In this document: piece by piece, positions 9,706-17,789 of the stretch | Numbering within the stretch: position 1 is the first letter of the stretch | Layout: every line of letters begins with the position of its first letter | Origin: Eubacteriales bacterium | GTDB taxonomy: Bacteria; Bacillota; Clostridia; Oscillospirales; CAG-272 | Assembly (NCBI GenBank): GCA_045587385.1 | Contig: JAZNCE010000128.1 | Coordinates: 341 to 64,340, forward strand | Length of the DNA: 64,000 nucleotides | Reading direction: 5' to 3' | Translations under genes and position numbers: made by a program | Notes under the pieces: model-generated | What the model was told of the DNA's origin: nothing | What the model saw: the letters and a program-made list of their open reading frames with translations, nothing else | Database searches by the model: none

Positions 9706-10446
9706 ATGAAAAGCAAACACATTCAAAATATCTTACTACTATTTGTTTGTAGCATTATAATACTCACTACAACTGCATGCGTGAATGAAATAGATCCCCC
9801 CACGCAGACCACTGATTCAACGCATGATATAACAACTGATATTACAAACGGTGAAACAGAACAACCGTCGGAAACTACAACCGAGCAGGTCGATGAAGTC
9901 AACGCAATCCTCGCCGATCTGAACCACGACGGAACAGACGATAAAATTGTCATTACTTATGATGATGAGCAAAAAAGTTCTGCAACCATTCAGGTAATTA
10001 ACGGCAAAGACAATTCCGAGTTGATGTCGGACACACTCACGCTTGGTGGAAACAAAATTGGTGCGTACTACCTGCAGTTAGGAAAAGGCAATATACGCGA
10101 CAGTCTTGTATCTTGGCATTATGAATATTTAGAAGACGGAAAATTATATTTCTATTACAGTGTTTTTAACTATGAACCGGATGGCAAGATTACGTATAGT
10201 GCTCGCGGCGGCGACACCTTTAATGTACCAAATAAAGGTTCAGCCATAAGAGGAGGCGAAGCTTTCTTGGTGATGAGGAAAAAGATTCAAGAGAACATCG
10301 AAGCGGAACGGAGCCACTATACCGGCTATCTGTTACTTGACAACCAAGGTGACAGCATGTTGATCAGCACAGCGGATAATATGCTGACCCCTACAGAGCT
10401 TACGTTTGAGTTGGAGGATTTCGTCATTGAGTCCGAGGGAGAATAA
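9706..10446 (+). CDS. Hypothetical lipoprotein
   Basis: RBS AGGAG; lipobox LTTTAC; Thr/Glu-rich linker; DLNHDGTDD Dx[DN]xDG-type motif. Confidence 0.75.
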   Translation: MKSKHIQNILLLFVCSIIILTTTACVNEIDPPTQTTDSTHDITTDITNGETEQPSETTTEQVDEVNAILADLNHDGTDDKIVITYDDEQKSSATIQVINGKDNSELMSDTLTLGGNKIGAYYLQLGKGNIRDSLVSWHYEYLEDGKLYFYYSVFNYEPDGKITYSARGGDTFNVPNKGSAIRGGEAFLVMRKKIQENIEAERSHYTGYLLLDNQGDSMLISTADNMLTPTELTFELEDFVIESEGE

Positions 10447-10450
10447 CCAT

Positions 10451-10531
10451 ATGAAAAACTCACTTATCAAAAGAATTGGTACAAGTATTTTTCGAAGTCT
10501 TGTATTGTTTATAATGAATACGGTAGCATAA
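10451..10531 (+). pseudogene. 26-codon ORF or truncated gene start (MKNSLIKRIGTSIFRSLVLFIMNTVA)
   Basis: Good RBS (GAGGGAG) and ATG, then early TAA; resembles the start of a membrane protein. Confidence 0.3.
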
Positions 10532-10555
10532 CAAAAACAAAAGACGGAGGTTTTT

Positions 10556-11107
10556 ATGACCAAACAGTTATGGTTCAAATGCCTGAAAAGTATCGTATTA
10601 TCTACTATAGCATCACTCGGTGCTTTTGTGGTCTGTGGCTTAGTGATTGCAGCCGCCCTGAATTCAATCAAAAATGATGCCATTCAAGATCTTGCAATAA
10701 AAGCAATTATAATGATTGTATATGCGATCTTTCTGTATATATTCCGTATGCGCAATCGCTTGAATACCTATGCCGAGCATACAAACATATTTGACCCAAA
10801 AAAAGAATTGATCGCTTACATCAAAACCGAGGGAAAAACTATGTTCATTTTTTACGGTGCTATTGCAATCGTATCGGAGATTTCTCACTGGATTACGTCT
10901 TTATCGAGTGCCACTCCAAATCCTGTCACGTTCGTCTCACAGTTCTGCATAGGCCCTTGGGTCAATATGACAATTCCTGTTTTGCGATCTGTTATTGCCT
11001 TCGTTTACTCGGCGGTAATCGTTTGCCTGCTGGCTGTTTTGCGTAGCCGTAAAGTCTATCAAGATGAAACCGAGGCAAAAGCCACAAGAAAACATCTTCA
11101 GGAGTAA
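10556..11107 (+). CDS. Hypothetical 4-TM membrane protein
   Basis: RBS GGAGG; four hydrophobic segments. Confidence 0.75.
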   Translation: MTKQLWFKCLKSIVLSTIASLGAFVVCGLVIAAALNSIKNDAIQDLAIKAIIMIVYAIFLYIFRMRNRLNTYAEHTNIFDPKKELIAYIKTEGKTMFIFYGAIAIVSEISHWITSLSSATPNPVTFVSQFCIGPWVNMTIPVLRSVIAFVYSAVIVCLLAVLRSRKVYQDETEAKATRKHLQE

Positions 11108-11177
11108 ACGCTATGAGCATGTGGAGGAAGAAACGCTATTTAATTGCGTCTATTAATACCGCAAAGGAGAATAAGCA

Positions 11178-11480
11178 ATGAAGAAATTAATTATTGTTCT
11201 TTTTGAAAATGATTTAGAATTTAAAGAGTATTCTAATCAAGTATGCGAAAAGTTTGCTAATTTATCGGCAGAGAAAGAGTTTTGCGGGATTTGGGGAGAA
11301 ATATTATTTAACAACGAAGATTGCATATCTTCTGTTTCAGGTTGCGTAAATCACTTTGTTAATAATGCTGATAAAACAGAAATCATATTTGGCATTAGTA
11401 GTAAGGATTATGATAATATTATTTCAAAGATATGTACAGAAAATTGTGTTATTGAAATAATATCTTGCAAAAATCTATGA
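11178..11480 (+). CDS. Hypothetical protein (very AT-rich)
   Basis: RBS AAGGAG, 100-aa ORF. Confidence 0.6.
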   Translation: MKKLIIVLFENDLEFKEYSNQVCEKFANLSAEKEFCGIWGEILFNNEDCISSVSGCVNHFVNNADKTEIIFGISSKDYDNIISKICTENCVIEIISCKNL

Positions 11481-11516
11481 GTTGTAATTCTGTTGACCTA
11501 ATTGTACCGGGAGTTT

Positions 11517-11551
11517 TAAGTAACAGAGGACGGTTCTCTGTTACACACTTA
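11517..11551. repeat. 35-bp palindromic direct repeat, copy 1
   Basis: TAAGTAACAGAGGACGGTTCTCTGTTACACACTTA; 33/35 identical to 11756-11790. Confidence 0.9.
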
Positions 11552-11611
11552 AAAGTTAATACTTAAGAAATAAATCAATATTATCATATTGGCACATAGG
11601 GAGGCGATTAA

Positions 11612-11758
11612 ATGTTTTTTTCTCGAAAATCAAATGAAGTTAGACATAGGTTAATACTGCTCCTGTTTGTCCCCTTTGTGTTCGTGTTTGTTTTGGGAAT
11701 CACGCTTTATGCTATATGGCCGGTAATCATTTCAATCGTTATTTCTATTATGATATAA
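11612..11758 (+). CDS. Small hydrophobic protein, 48 aa
   Basis: Below ORF-track cutoff. RBS GGGAGG, then MFFSRKSNEVRHRLILLLFVPFVFVFVLGITLYAIWPVIISIVISIMI; stop TAA is the first 3 bases of repeat copy 2. Confidence 0.55.
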   Translation: MFFSRKSNEVRHRLILLLFVPFVFVFVLGITLYAIWPVIISIVISIMI

Positions 11759-11790
11759 GTAACAGGGGACGGTTCTCTGTTACGCACTTA
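11756..11790. repeat. 35-bp palindromic direct repeat, copy 2
   Basis: TAAGTAACAGGGGACGGTTCTCTGTTACGCACTTA. Confidence 0.9.
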
Positions 11791-11796
11791 TATGAT

Positions 11797-11827
11797 AAAA
11801 GAGGTCGGTTAGTCCGACCTCTTTTTT
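11797..11827. terminator. Bidirectional intrinsic terminator
   Basis: AAAAGAGGTCGG-TTAGT-CCGACCTCTTTT between convergent units. Confidence 0.8.
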
Positions 11828-11836
11828 CGTATGCAC

Positions 11837-12436
11837 TTATTCTCTTGTAATAATGCTGATCCCTGCGGGGGAAATGCCCGTCTGCTCGTAGACGATGGCA
11901 TTGATCTGCGCAAGCGCAGCTGCGCTCAGCTCGCCCTCGTGCTGCACCACGATGCTGACGTTCTCACCGCTGATGACCGCAACGCATTGCGCGTACCCCT
12001 TGGTCTTGATCAGAGATTCGATCTTTGCCTCGTTCTCCATTTCGGATGCGATCTGTCTGATCTCGGCAACCGCCTCTGCCTTGACCTGATCGGTGGCGTT
12101 GTCGTTATCCACTACCGAATTGAGCACCTCAAGTGCCTCGTCACGCGCCTTTTGTCTGGAAACCTGCACGCTGCTGAAGTAGGAATTGGCGTCTGCGGAC
12201 GTGCTGTTCTGATTGCCCGTGCTCGAGCCCGTACCCAGCGTGGTGCCGTAGTTGGTGTTCATGCCCGCGCTCTGATCGTAATTGAAGGAATCGTCCTTAT
12301 TGTCGCCTGCAAAGAAGATCCAGTTGACGTAGACCGCAAGACCGATCATAATGACCGCGCCCGCAATGATCAGGTTGCGTTTGCCCATTTTCTTGAAAAA
12401 ATCGCCTATGGTATTGAGTACCTTTTTGAAGTTCAT
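11837..12436 (-). CDS. spoIIIAH: Stage III sporulation protein AH
   Basis: N-terminal TM (AVYVNW), YFSSVQVSRQKARDEALEVL, IESLIKTKGY; last gene of the operon. Confidence 0.9.
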   Translation of the reverse strand: MNFKKVLNTIGDFFKKMGKRNLIIAGAVIMIGLAVYVNWIFFAGDNKDDSFNYDQSAGMNTNYGTTLGTGSSTGNQNSTSADANSYFSSVQVSRQKARDEALEVLNSVVDNDNATDQVKAEAVAEIRQIASEMENEAKIESLIKTKGYAQCVAVISGENVSIVVQHEGELSAAALAQINAIVYEQTGISPAGISIITRE

Positions 12437-12501
12437 ATGTAAGCCCTCCGTTTTTGTTTTACGCTATATCTTATTGTGCGGTCAAGTCAAATATGCATGC
12501 T

Positions 12502-13053
12502 TTATTCGTTTTGTGCACCGCTGACGTGAATTTTATTTGTCCCGATGCCAAACGCCGCGCTCACCAAAGCGGTCAACTCGTTTTGTACCCGAGAATCTGC
12601 CCCGCCCGTGCACACAATGCCCACGCCTGCAATCTCGGGCTGCTTTTTGACCAGCAGCAAGGGACTTTGCGCGCTGCCCGCACCCACGATGACGTAGCTT
12701 TCCTCCCACGTATAGCTGTCGCTGTCCGTTTTGCTTTCCAGATCGCGGGCGTACACGTACTCGTACCCGCCCGACAGCGTGACCACGACCTGCACCCTGC
12801 CAACGCCCTGCACCCCGGCACAAAGCCCCGCGATCTCGCGCGAAAGCTCCTGCTTATACGCCTGCAGCTCGCTTTGCTCGTCTGTCACGGCAGCGGTATT
12901 TTTTTGCACATTTTTACGAGCGGGCAGATCAAAGCTGCCCACCACCAAAAGCCCCAAGCCCACGATCGCTCCCAGCACCACGATCCACAGCTTGCCGCTC
13001 TTTTTCATTTGCCCCACAGTTCCCGTGATCTCCGAAACACCGTTTGTATACAT
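12502..13053 (-). CDS. spoIIIAG: Stage III sporulation protein AG
   Basis: GVGRVQVVVTL, PEIAGVGIVCTGG, AAFGIGTNKIHV; operon position. Confidence 0.85.
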   Translation of the reverse strand: MYTNGVSEITGTVGQMKKSGKLWIVVLGAIVGLGLLVVGSFDLPARKNVQKNTAAVTDEQSELQAYKQELSREIAGLCAGVQGVGRVQVVVTLSGGYEYVYARDLESKTDSDSYTWEESYVIVGAGSAQSPLLLVKKQPEIAGVGIVCTGGADSRVQNELTALVSAAFGIGTNKIHVSGAQNE

Positions 13054-13057
13054 CTCT

Positions 13058-13507
13058 CTACTCCAATACTACCTTACATGTACAATCCAAAAGTCCTTCC
13101 ACATACGCAATGATGGGATCGGGATCACGCCAGATCGCCTTGCCCGATAAGAGCAGCGTGACCGCTTTCACGCCGCCGTCCTCGCCCCATTCCACAAGCA
13201 CGCGGCACTGCTCGGGCGGCAAGCCCTGCTCGCGCTCCAAAAGCACTTGCAGCTGCCCGACCACCAAAGCATCCGAAAACTGTGCGTAATCCTGCTCCTC
13301 CCCCTCCCCTTCCTGCCAAGCCTCGGGAATCTCCCAAGCCCCCTGCCCCACGGCTTGCACAAGGCTCATGACAGGCGAGATCAGCAGCGCGATGACGCAA
13401 AGGCTGCAAAGCAGCTTGGCGTGCTGCATAGCACTCTCGGGCACCAAGGTACACACCAGCGCAACCAACACTGCCACCAGGGCAAGGCTATATAAATATT
13501 CTCCCAT
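13058..13507 (-). CDS. spoIIIAF: Stage III sporulation protein AF
   Basis: Two N-terminal TMs; between AE and AG. Confidence 0.7.
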   Translation of the reverse strand: MGEYLYSLALVAVLVALVCTLVPESAMQHAKLLCSLCVIALLISPVMSLVQAVGQGAWEIPEAWQEGEGEEQDYAQFSDALVVGQLQVLLEREQGLPPEQCRVLVEWGEDGGVKAVTLLLSGKAIWRDPDPIIAYVEGLLDCTCKVVLE

Positions 13508-13513
13508 GCTACC

Positions 13514-14653
13514 TCACCCCACCCAAGCGGCTGCACTTGCCGCAAACGCGCCAACGGCTATGATAAACACCGCCGTACACATGGCAACCGCAGCCGCCAT
13601 ATAGCCAAAGAGGCTGCTTGCCTCACCCAGCATCGCACTCTCGGGGGCACAGCCAAGCAGGTGTGCAAGCGTTGCTCCGAGATCAAACAGGGTGCGCAGC
13701 GCAAGCATTTGCAGCAGCACCGGCAAGCAGGTCAGAAACAAAAGGATCACCCCGCACCCGCCCGCAAGTCCGCGCAGCATACCCACGCCCGCGGCAAGCG
13801 TATCAAGCGAGCCCGAAAGCGCACCGCCCACGACGGGGATCATTTGCCCGATGGCGTAGCGTCCGCTGCGCATGGCGAGGCTGTCCGCCCGCGAGGCAAG
13901 CAGGCTTTGCGCACTAAGGCAAATGGATAACAGAAAGGTCAGCACGCCAAGCACCGTGGTGTAGGTCTTTTTGAGAAACGCCGAGATTTTGGAAAGATCC
14001 ACGCCCGATTCCAAGATGCCCGGCAGCGTCATTGCCATGCAGCTGCCGAACAGGGGCGGCGCGATATTCGCACACACGCTGCCGCATACGTTCAGCCCCA
14101 CCGAAAGCATTGCGTTGCCCACAGTGGCACGCGTGACGTTGCCGCCCATGATATAGAGCGCACTCATCAAGGGCATCATCCCGCCCATCAACGTGCGCAA
14201 CGAGGCAAAATACGCCACCATAGAGTCCACCGCGGCATATCCCGCTGCTGCTAAAGCACCAAACAGACAAAGACGAGGCGCAAGACTTGCCCAAGGCAGA
14301 CTTTGCGCCTTGCCCACAGAGCGCATCAGACCGCACAAGAGGATCAGACCGCAGATCGATGCAAGCAGTCCCCCACTTTGCCCGAATTGCAAGCGATACA
14401 CCTGCAAACCAAGTCCCAAAAGCCCCGAAAACGAGGTCATTTGCGCAAACGCGTCGCGCACCTCCGTTACGTCGCGGGAAAACAGCCCCTCCGGTAAAAT
14501 GCCTGCAAGCGTCTCGGGAATGCACTCCTCCAGCGCGATATATTGCTCGGGCAGCGTGCTGTAATCAACGCTCGCCTGCTCTGCCGATGCGCCAAAGCAC
14601 AAAAAGCATGCTGCCGCCAGCGTCACGATCACACCCCACACCCACACCTTCAC
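13514..14653 (-). CDS. spoIIIAE: Stage III sporulation protein AE
   Basis: Multi-TM protein with IPVVGGALS motif. Confidence 0.88.
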   Translation of the reverse strand: MKVWVWGVIVTLAAACFLCFGASAEQASVDYSTLPEQYIALEECIPETLAGILPEGLFSRDVTEVRDAFAQMTSFSGLLGLGLQVYRLQFGQSGGLLASICGLILLCGLMRSVGKAQSLPWASLAPRLCLFGALAAAGYAAVDSMVAYFASLRTLMGGMMPLMSALYIMGGNVTRATVGNAMLSVGLNVCGSVCANIAPPLFGSCMAMTLPGILESGVDLSKISAFLKKTYTTVLGVLTFLLSICLSAQSLLASRADSLAMRSGRYAIGQMIPVVGGALSGSLDTLAAGVGMLRGLAGGCGVILLFLTCLPVLLQMLALRTLFDLGATLAHLLGCAPESAMLGEASSLFGYMAAAVAMCTAVFIIAVGAFAASAAAWVG

Positions 14654-15033
14654 GATAACAACTCCTTCGTCATGCCCAGTATTTCCGTAATGAGCGGCAA
14701 CGCCTGCAGCACCACCGCAATTTTGCCCGCTCCCTCCAGTGCCGTTGCCAAGCCGACTTCACCAAAGTCGCGGCAGATCCCTGCCCCCAGCGCGCAAAGC
14801 AAGGTGATCCCCAGCCCCGAGAGCAATATCTCACCGTGTGCTGTGGGCAGGCTTTGCTCACATAGGCTTTTGATCATATCCACAATGGGCTGCGCTGCAC
14901 CAAGCACCGCAAAAAAGATCAGCACCGTGCCCGCGGCACGCACGGGCAGTACCATTTCGGCTTTATATTGCTTGAGCACCCATACAGCGGCAAGGCACAG
15001 CATGGCGATGCCGCAAATTTTGAGTATATCCAT
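14650..15033 (-). CDS. spoIIIAD: Stage III sporulation protein AD
   Basis: Start MDILKICGIA at 15033; ICRDFGEVGLATALEGAGK. Confidence 0.88.
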   Translation of the reverse strand: MDILKICGIAMLCLAAVWVLKQYKAEMVLPVRAAGTVLIFFAVLGAAQPIVDMIKSLCEQSLPTAHGEILLSGLGITLLCALGAGICRDFGEVGLATALEGAGKIAVVLQALPLITEILGMTKELLS

Positions 15034-15034
15034 A

Positions 15035-15229
15035 CTAAAAGCCAAAGGTGGCATACACCAGCGAGAACAGCTCACCGATCTGCTCTACAAGCATCAGCAG
15101 CACCACCACAATACCCGCAATCGTGACCAGGGTTGCCTGCTCGTCGCGCCCCGATTTATTTAAGATCTGCGTGGCGACCGAAACAAGCAGCCCCACGCCC
15201 GCCACCTTTAAGATAAGACCTACTTCCAT
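15035..15229 (-). CDS. spoIIIAC: Stage III sporulation protein AC
   Basis: MEVGLILKVAGVGLLVSVATQILNKSGRDEQA, 64 aa. Confidence 0.93.
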   Translation of the reverse strand: MEVGLILKVAGVGLLVSVATQILNKSGRDEQATLVTIAGIVVVLLMLVEQIGELFSLVYATFGF

Positions 15230-15231
15230 AG

Positions 15232-15708
15232 TTACCAAAGAAGGATCACCGCGCCCGCAGCGCACAGCATCCATATCGCTCCGTTCGTTTTTACTCTTGC
15301 GGGCAGCTCGCTTTCCAGCTGCGTGCGTTTTTCGCGCAAAAGCTCGATGTAATAGTCGCACCGCTTGATCTGCTCGTCGCGAAAGCCGCTGCCCAATCCC
15401 GCGCCAAAGCTTTGCAGCACGCGATAGGTTTCGGGATCCAGATAGCTTTTGACGTGCGGCAAAAGTGCCTCAATCGACTCTACCTGCCCCGGGCACCTGC
15501 AATCGGCAAGGATGCCCTTATCCATCGAGAGCATAATTTGCTCGACGGGCATGGCGTAGCAATCAATGCGACCCTTGATATAAAAGATGAGCGAGATCAG
15601 CGCATCGTGCACCCGCAGCCGCGCGCGTTCGTACCGCGCAGCCCCCAAAGCAAGCCCCGTGCCGCTGGCAAGCACCAGTATAGCCCCCGCAATCTTAAAG
15701 ACAAGCAT
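15232..15708 (-). CDS. spoIIIAB: Stage III sporulation protein AB
   Basis: N- and C-terminal TMs, FGAGLGSGFRDEQ; operon position. Confidence 0.82.
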   Translation of the reverse strand: MLVFKIAGAILVLASGTGLALGAARYERARLRVHDALISLIFYIKGRIDCYAMPVEQIMLSMDKGILADCRCPGQVESIEALLPHVKSYLDPETYRVLQSFGAGLGSGFRDEQIKRCDYYIELLREKRTQLESELPARVKTNGAIWMLCAAGAVILLW

Positions 15709-16627
15709 CCGCGCTCTCCCAATCGGTCACATGGTAGGAAAAACCGCCCTCGCGGCGCGCAATACCCACGTACGCACCGAACATTTTGCAATCGTGCAAA
15801 AGGCGCAGCCCCGTGCGGCACAAGAGCTCCTCAACAGAGGAAGCATGCGCACTTGCCACCAAGGGCACACCGCAATTCTGCACCGAGGCTAGCGCAAGTG
15901 CCTCTTGGTAATCCCCGATCTCATCGCAGATCATGACCTGCGCGTTCATGGTGCGGCAGGCGATCTCCACCCCAAGACAGCGCGGATATCCCACCAGCAC
16001 GTCAAGACAGAGTGCTGCCCCCGTCTGCAAAAACGGCATCTCTCCGCGCGTGTCGATCACCACCACGCGCCGAGGGTCTTCCCCCGAGGCAAGCGAGCAC
16101 GCCACACCGCGCAGCAGCGTGGTCTTGCCGACGCCGGGCGGCGCATAGATCAGCACGCCCTTGGTATAGCGGAATTTCTGCATGAGATTGCAGATCTCCC
16201 TGCCGCTTACCGAAAAGTGCGCGGGAATACGGATGCACAACCCGGAAACGTCGTACACTCCGATCACCTCGCCCCCCTCGCAAGCAGCCCTGCCGCATAC
16301 GCCCACGCGCACGCCGCCGTCCAGCGTCAGATACCCTTCTGCAATGGTGGGGGCGTGGGAATACAAGGAACCGCCGCACATGCGCGTCAATGTTGCGGTC
16401 ATTTCCTGTACGCTAAGCACCGTGCGCAGCATGATATTGCGCCCGCCTGCCACCACGCTTGCGCACCGCCCCGCATGTAGCCGTATCTCCTCAATATGCT
16501 CGGGCAAATGCCCCGCATACAGCTCGGATACCAATCGCTCGGGCAGCATCCTGATCACACTCGGCGGCAGATACGTGCGCCGCTCTATCCCGTGATCCTC
16601 TGCTCTGTTGACCATCACGCTCCGCAC
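15695..16627 (-). CDS. spoIIIAA: Stage III sporulation ATPase AA
   Basis: IEEIRL, GYLTLDGGVRVGVCG, APPGVGKTTLLR, VIDTRGE, ICDEIG. Confidence 0.93.
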   Translation of the reverse strand: MRSVMVNRAEDHGIERRTYLPPSVIRMLPERLVSELYAGHLPEHIEEIRLHAGRCASVVAGGRNIMLRTVLSVQEMTATLTRMCGGSLYSHAPTIAEGYLTLDGGVRVGVCGRAACEGGEVIGVYDVSGLCIRIPAHFSVSGREICNLMQKFRYTKGVLIYAPPGVGKTTLLRGVACSLASGEDPRRVVVIDTRGEMPFLQTGAALCLDVLVGYPRCLGVEIACRTMNAQVMICDEIGDYQEALALASVQNCGVPLVASAHASSVEELLCRTGLRLLHDCKMFGAYVGIARREGGFSYHVTDWESADACL

Positions 16628-16649
16628 TCTCTCACCCCCTTACAGGGAA

Positions 16650-16678
16650 AATATATGCAGCCTTGTCCATGCTTATGC
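16650..16678 (-). promoter_or_regulatory. Probable sigma-E promoter of spoIIIA
   Basis: Minus strand GCATAAG-N14-CATATATT; spoIIIA is sigma-E controlled in Bacillus and Clostridium. Confidence 0.6.
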
Positions 16679-16694
16679 GCAGAGCGCATAAGCA

Positions 16695-16766
16695 GTTATG
16701 ATCGCCTGCGGCGAGTGATGAGTGATGATACGCTTCGCGTAGTGATGATGCGCTTCGCGCAGTTAT
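16695..16766. repeat. Array of GT(G/T)ATGA heptamers separated by 3-nt-loop hairpins
   Basis: GTTATGA tcgcc-tgc-ggcga GTGATGA GTGATGA tacgc-ttc-gcgta GTGATGA tgcgc-ttc-gcgca GTTAT. Confidence 0.8.
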
Positions 16767-16787
16767 ATTTTGTTGTAGGGCGGGGGG

Positions 16788-16892
16788 GACAAACAAAAAA
16801 AGCCCCATCTTGCCTCTGCATTCTTAGCGGACAAATGACAGACACAAAAATTCGGCAGAGAACTTGTTTTCTCTGCCGATTTGTGTTATAAT
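16788..16892. mobile_element. Possible terminal fragment of a mobile element with a subterminal hairpin
   Basis: Contains TCGGCAGAGAA-CTTGTT-TTCTCTGCCGA then TTTGTGTTATAAT; lies between a truncated GTAGGGCGGGGG REP start and a truncated REP doublet. Confidence 0.35.
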
Positions 16893-17031
16893 GGGAGAGG
16901 TGGCGGCGAAGCCGACGGAGAGGGTTAGATTATGGAATGAAACGCCCTCTCACCCGCTACCGCGGGAGCTCTCCCAGAGGGAGAGCCTCAAGATGCGCAC
17001 AACCGTAGGGGTATGGGCTTTGCCCTGTTCC
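16893..17031. repeat. REP-like doublet (left arm truncated) plus a GTAG REP
   Basis: GGGAGAGGTGGCGGCGAAGCCGACGGAGAGGG...CCCTCTCACCCGCTACCGCGGGAGCTCTCCCAGAGGGAGAGCC; GTAGGGGTATGGGCTTTGCCC at 17005. Confidence 0.7.
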
Positions 17032-17089
17032 GTTGTAATACAAAGGCGAAACTGGCGATAAACAGGAATAGATTTTCTGTGGAGGTATT

Positions 17090-17536
17090 ATGGATAAAAA
17101 TATTTTAACTCCGTTAGGTAAGATAGTCGTTTATGTGAATGACACACCGTCGGCGTATGATTTTTCATCAAATGATTGCAAGGCAAAAGCTGTTTTGGAG
17201 AGCCCCATATCCGCTTGTTATATAATTTCTGTTCCATCTGCAAATGCAAAAAACGTACGGTGTGTTATAGAATTAAATTGCGAAAACATATTAACTAATT
17301 GGGATTCCGACGAGCGATATTTGGGAATAGATTTCATTAAAGACAGTACGATCGTTACCATTGGCGCAGAAGCAGACAATCCTGAATTCGATGCAAAACT
17401 AATCGAAGGCGGTATACAATATTTCCTGAAATCACCGTCTGAGGTTTTGCATTTTAGTATTGCATGGGCAACTGATTATAAAGACCAATTTGATATAAGA
17501 ACAAACTTGGCAACGGATATATTTTGCTCTTTATAG
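17090..17536 (+). CDS. Hypothetical protein (AT-rich orphan)
   Basis: RBS GGAGG, 148 aa, followed by a terminator-like hairpin. Confidence 0.7.
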   Translation: MDKNILTPLGKIVVYVNDTPSAYDFSSNDCKAKAVLESPISACYIISVPSANAKNVRCVIELNCENILTNWDSDERYLGIDFIKDSTIVTIGAEADNPEFDAKLIEGGIQYFLKSPSEVLHFSIAWATDYKDQFDIRTNLATDIFCSL

Positions 17537-17542
17537 AGAATA

Positions 17543-17576
17543 CCCCCGACGGATTTTGAGAATCTGTCGGGGGTTT
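17543..17576 (+). terminator. Intrinsic terminator
   Basis: CCCCCGACGGATT...AATCTGTCGGGGG-TTT. Confidence 0.65.
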
Positions 17577-17588
17577 CTATTTGCTTCT

Positions 17589-17730
17589 GCGGACAGTCGA
17601 GGGTCTCGCTGCGGCTCGGTCACACTCGCGTTCTGACATGCCACTGGCATGTCATTCATTGCGCTCGTGCCGCTTCGCTACGCCTGTCCCTACAATGGGG
17701 GGCGGGTCGCCGAGGACGTCGACCCCCTAC
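17589..17730. repeat. Two GTAG-type REPs; the first carries a ~77-bp palindromic insert
   Basis: GCGGACAGTCGAGG[insert centred on TGACATGCC-ACT-GGCATGTCA]ACGCCTGTCCCTAC, then GGGTCGCCGAGGACGTCGACCCCCTAC. Confidence 0.72.
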
Positions 17731-17789
17731 AAAATAATATTAAACATCTTTATGAGAAGTAGCCTTTTGATGGCGCTTTTTCTCTTGAT

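Noticed and set aside
11517-11790. Canonical integron attC or CRISPR interpretation
   Set aside because: Only two copies, 204 bp apart; too short for attC, cores deviate from RYYYAAC/GTTRRRY, and no integrase is in the window.
12454-12500. Internal sporulation promoter before spoIIIAH
   Set aside because: GCATAT...AATAAGAT is suggestive but too degenerate to assign to a sigma factor.
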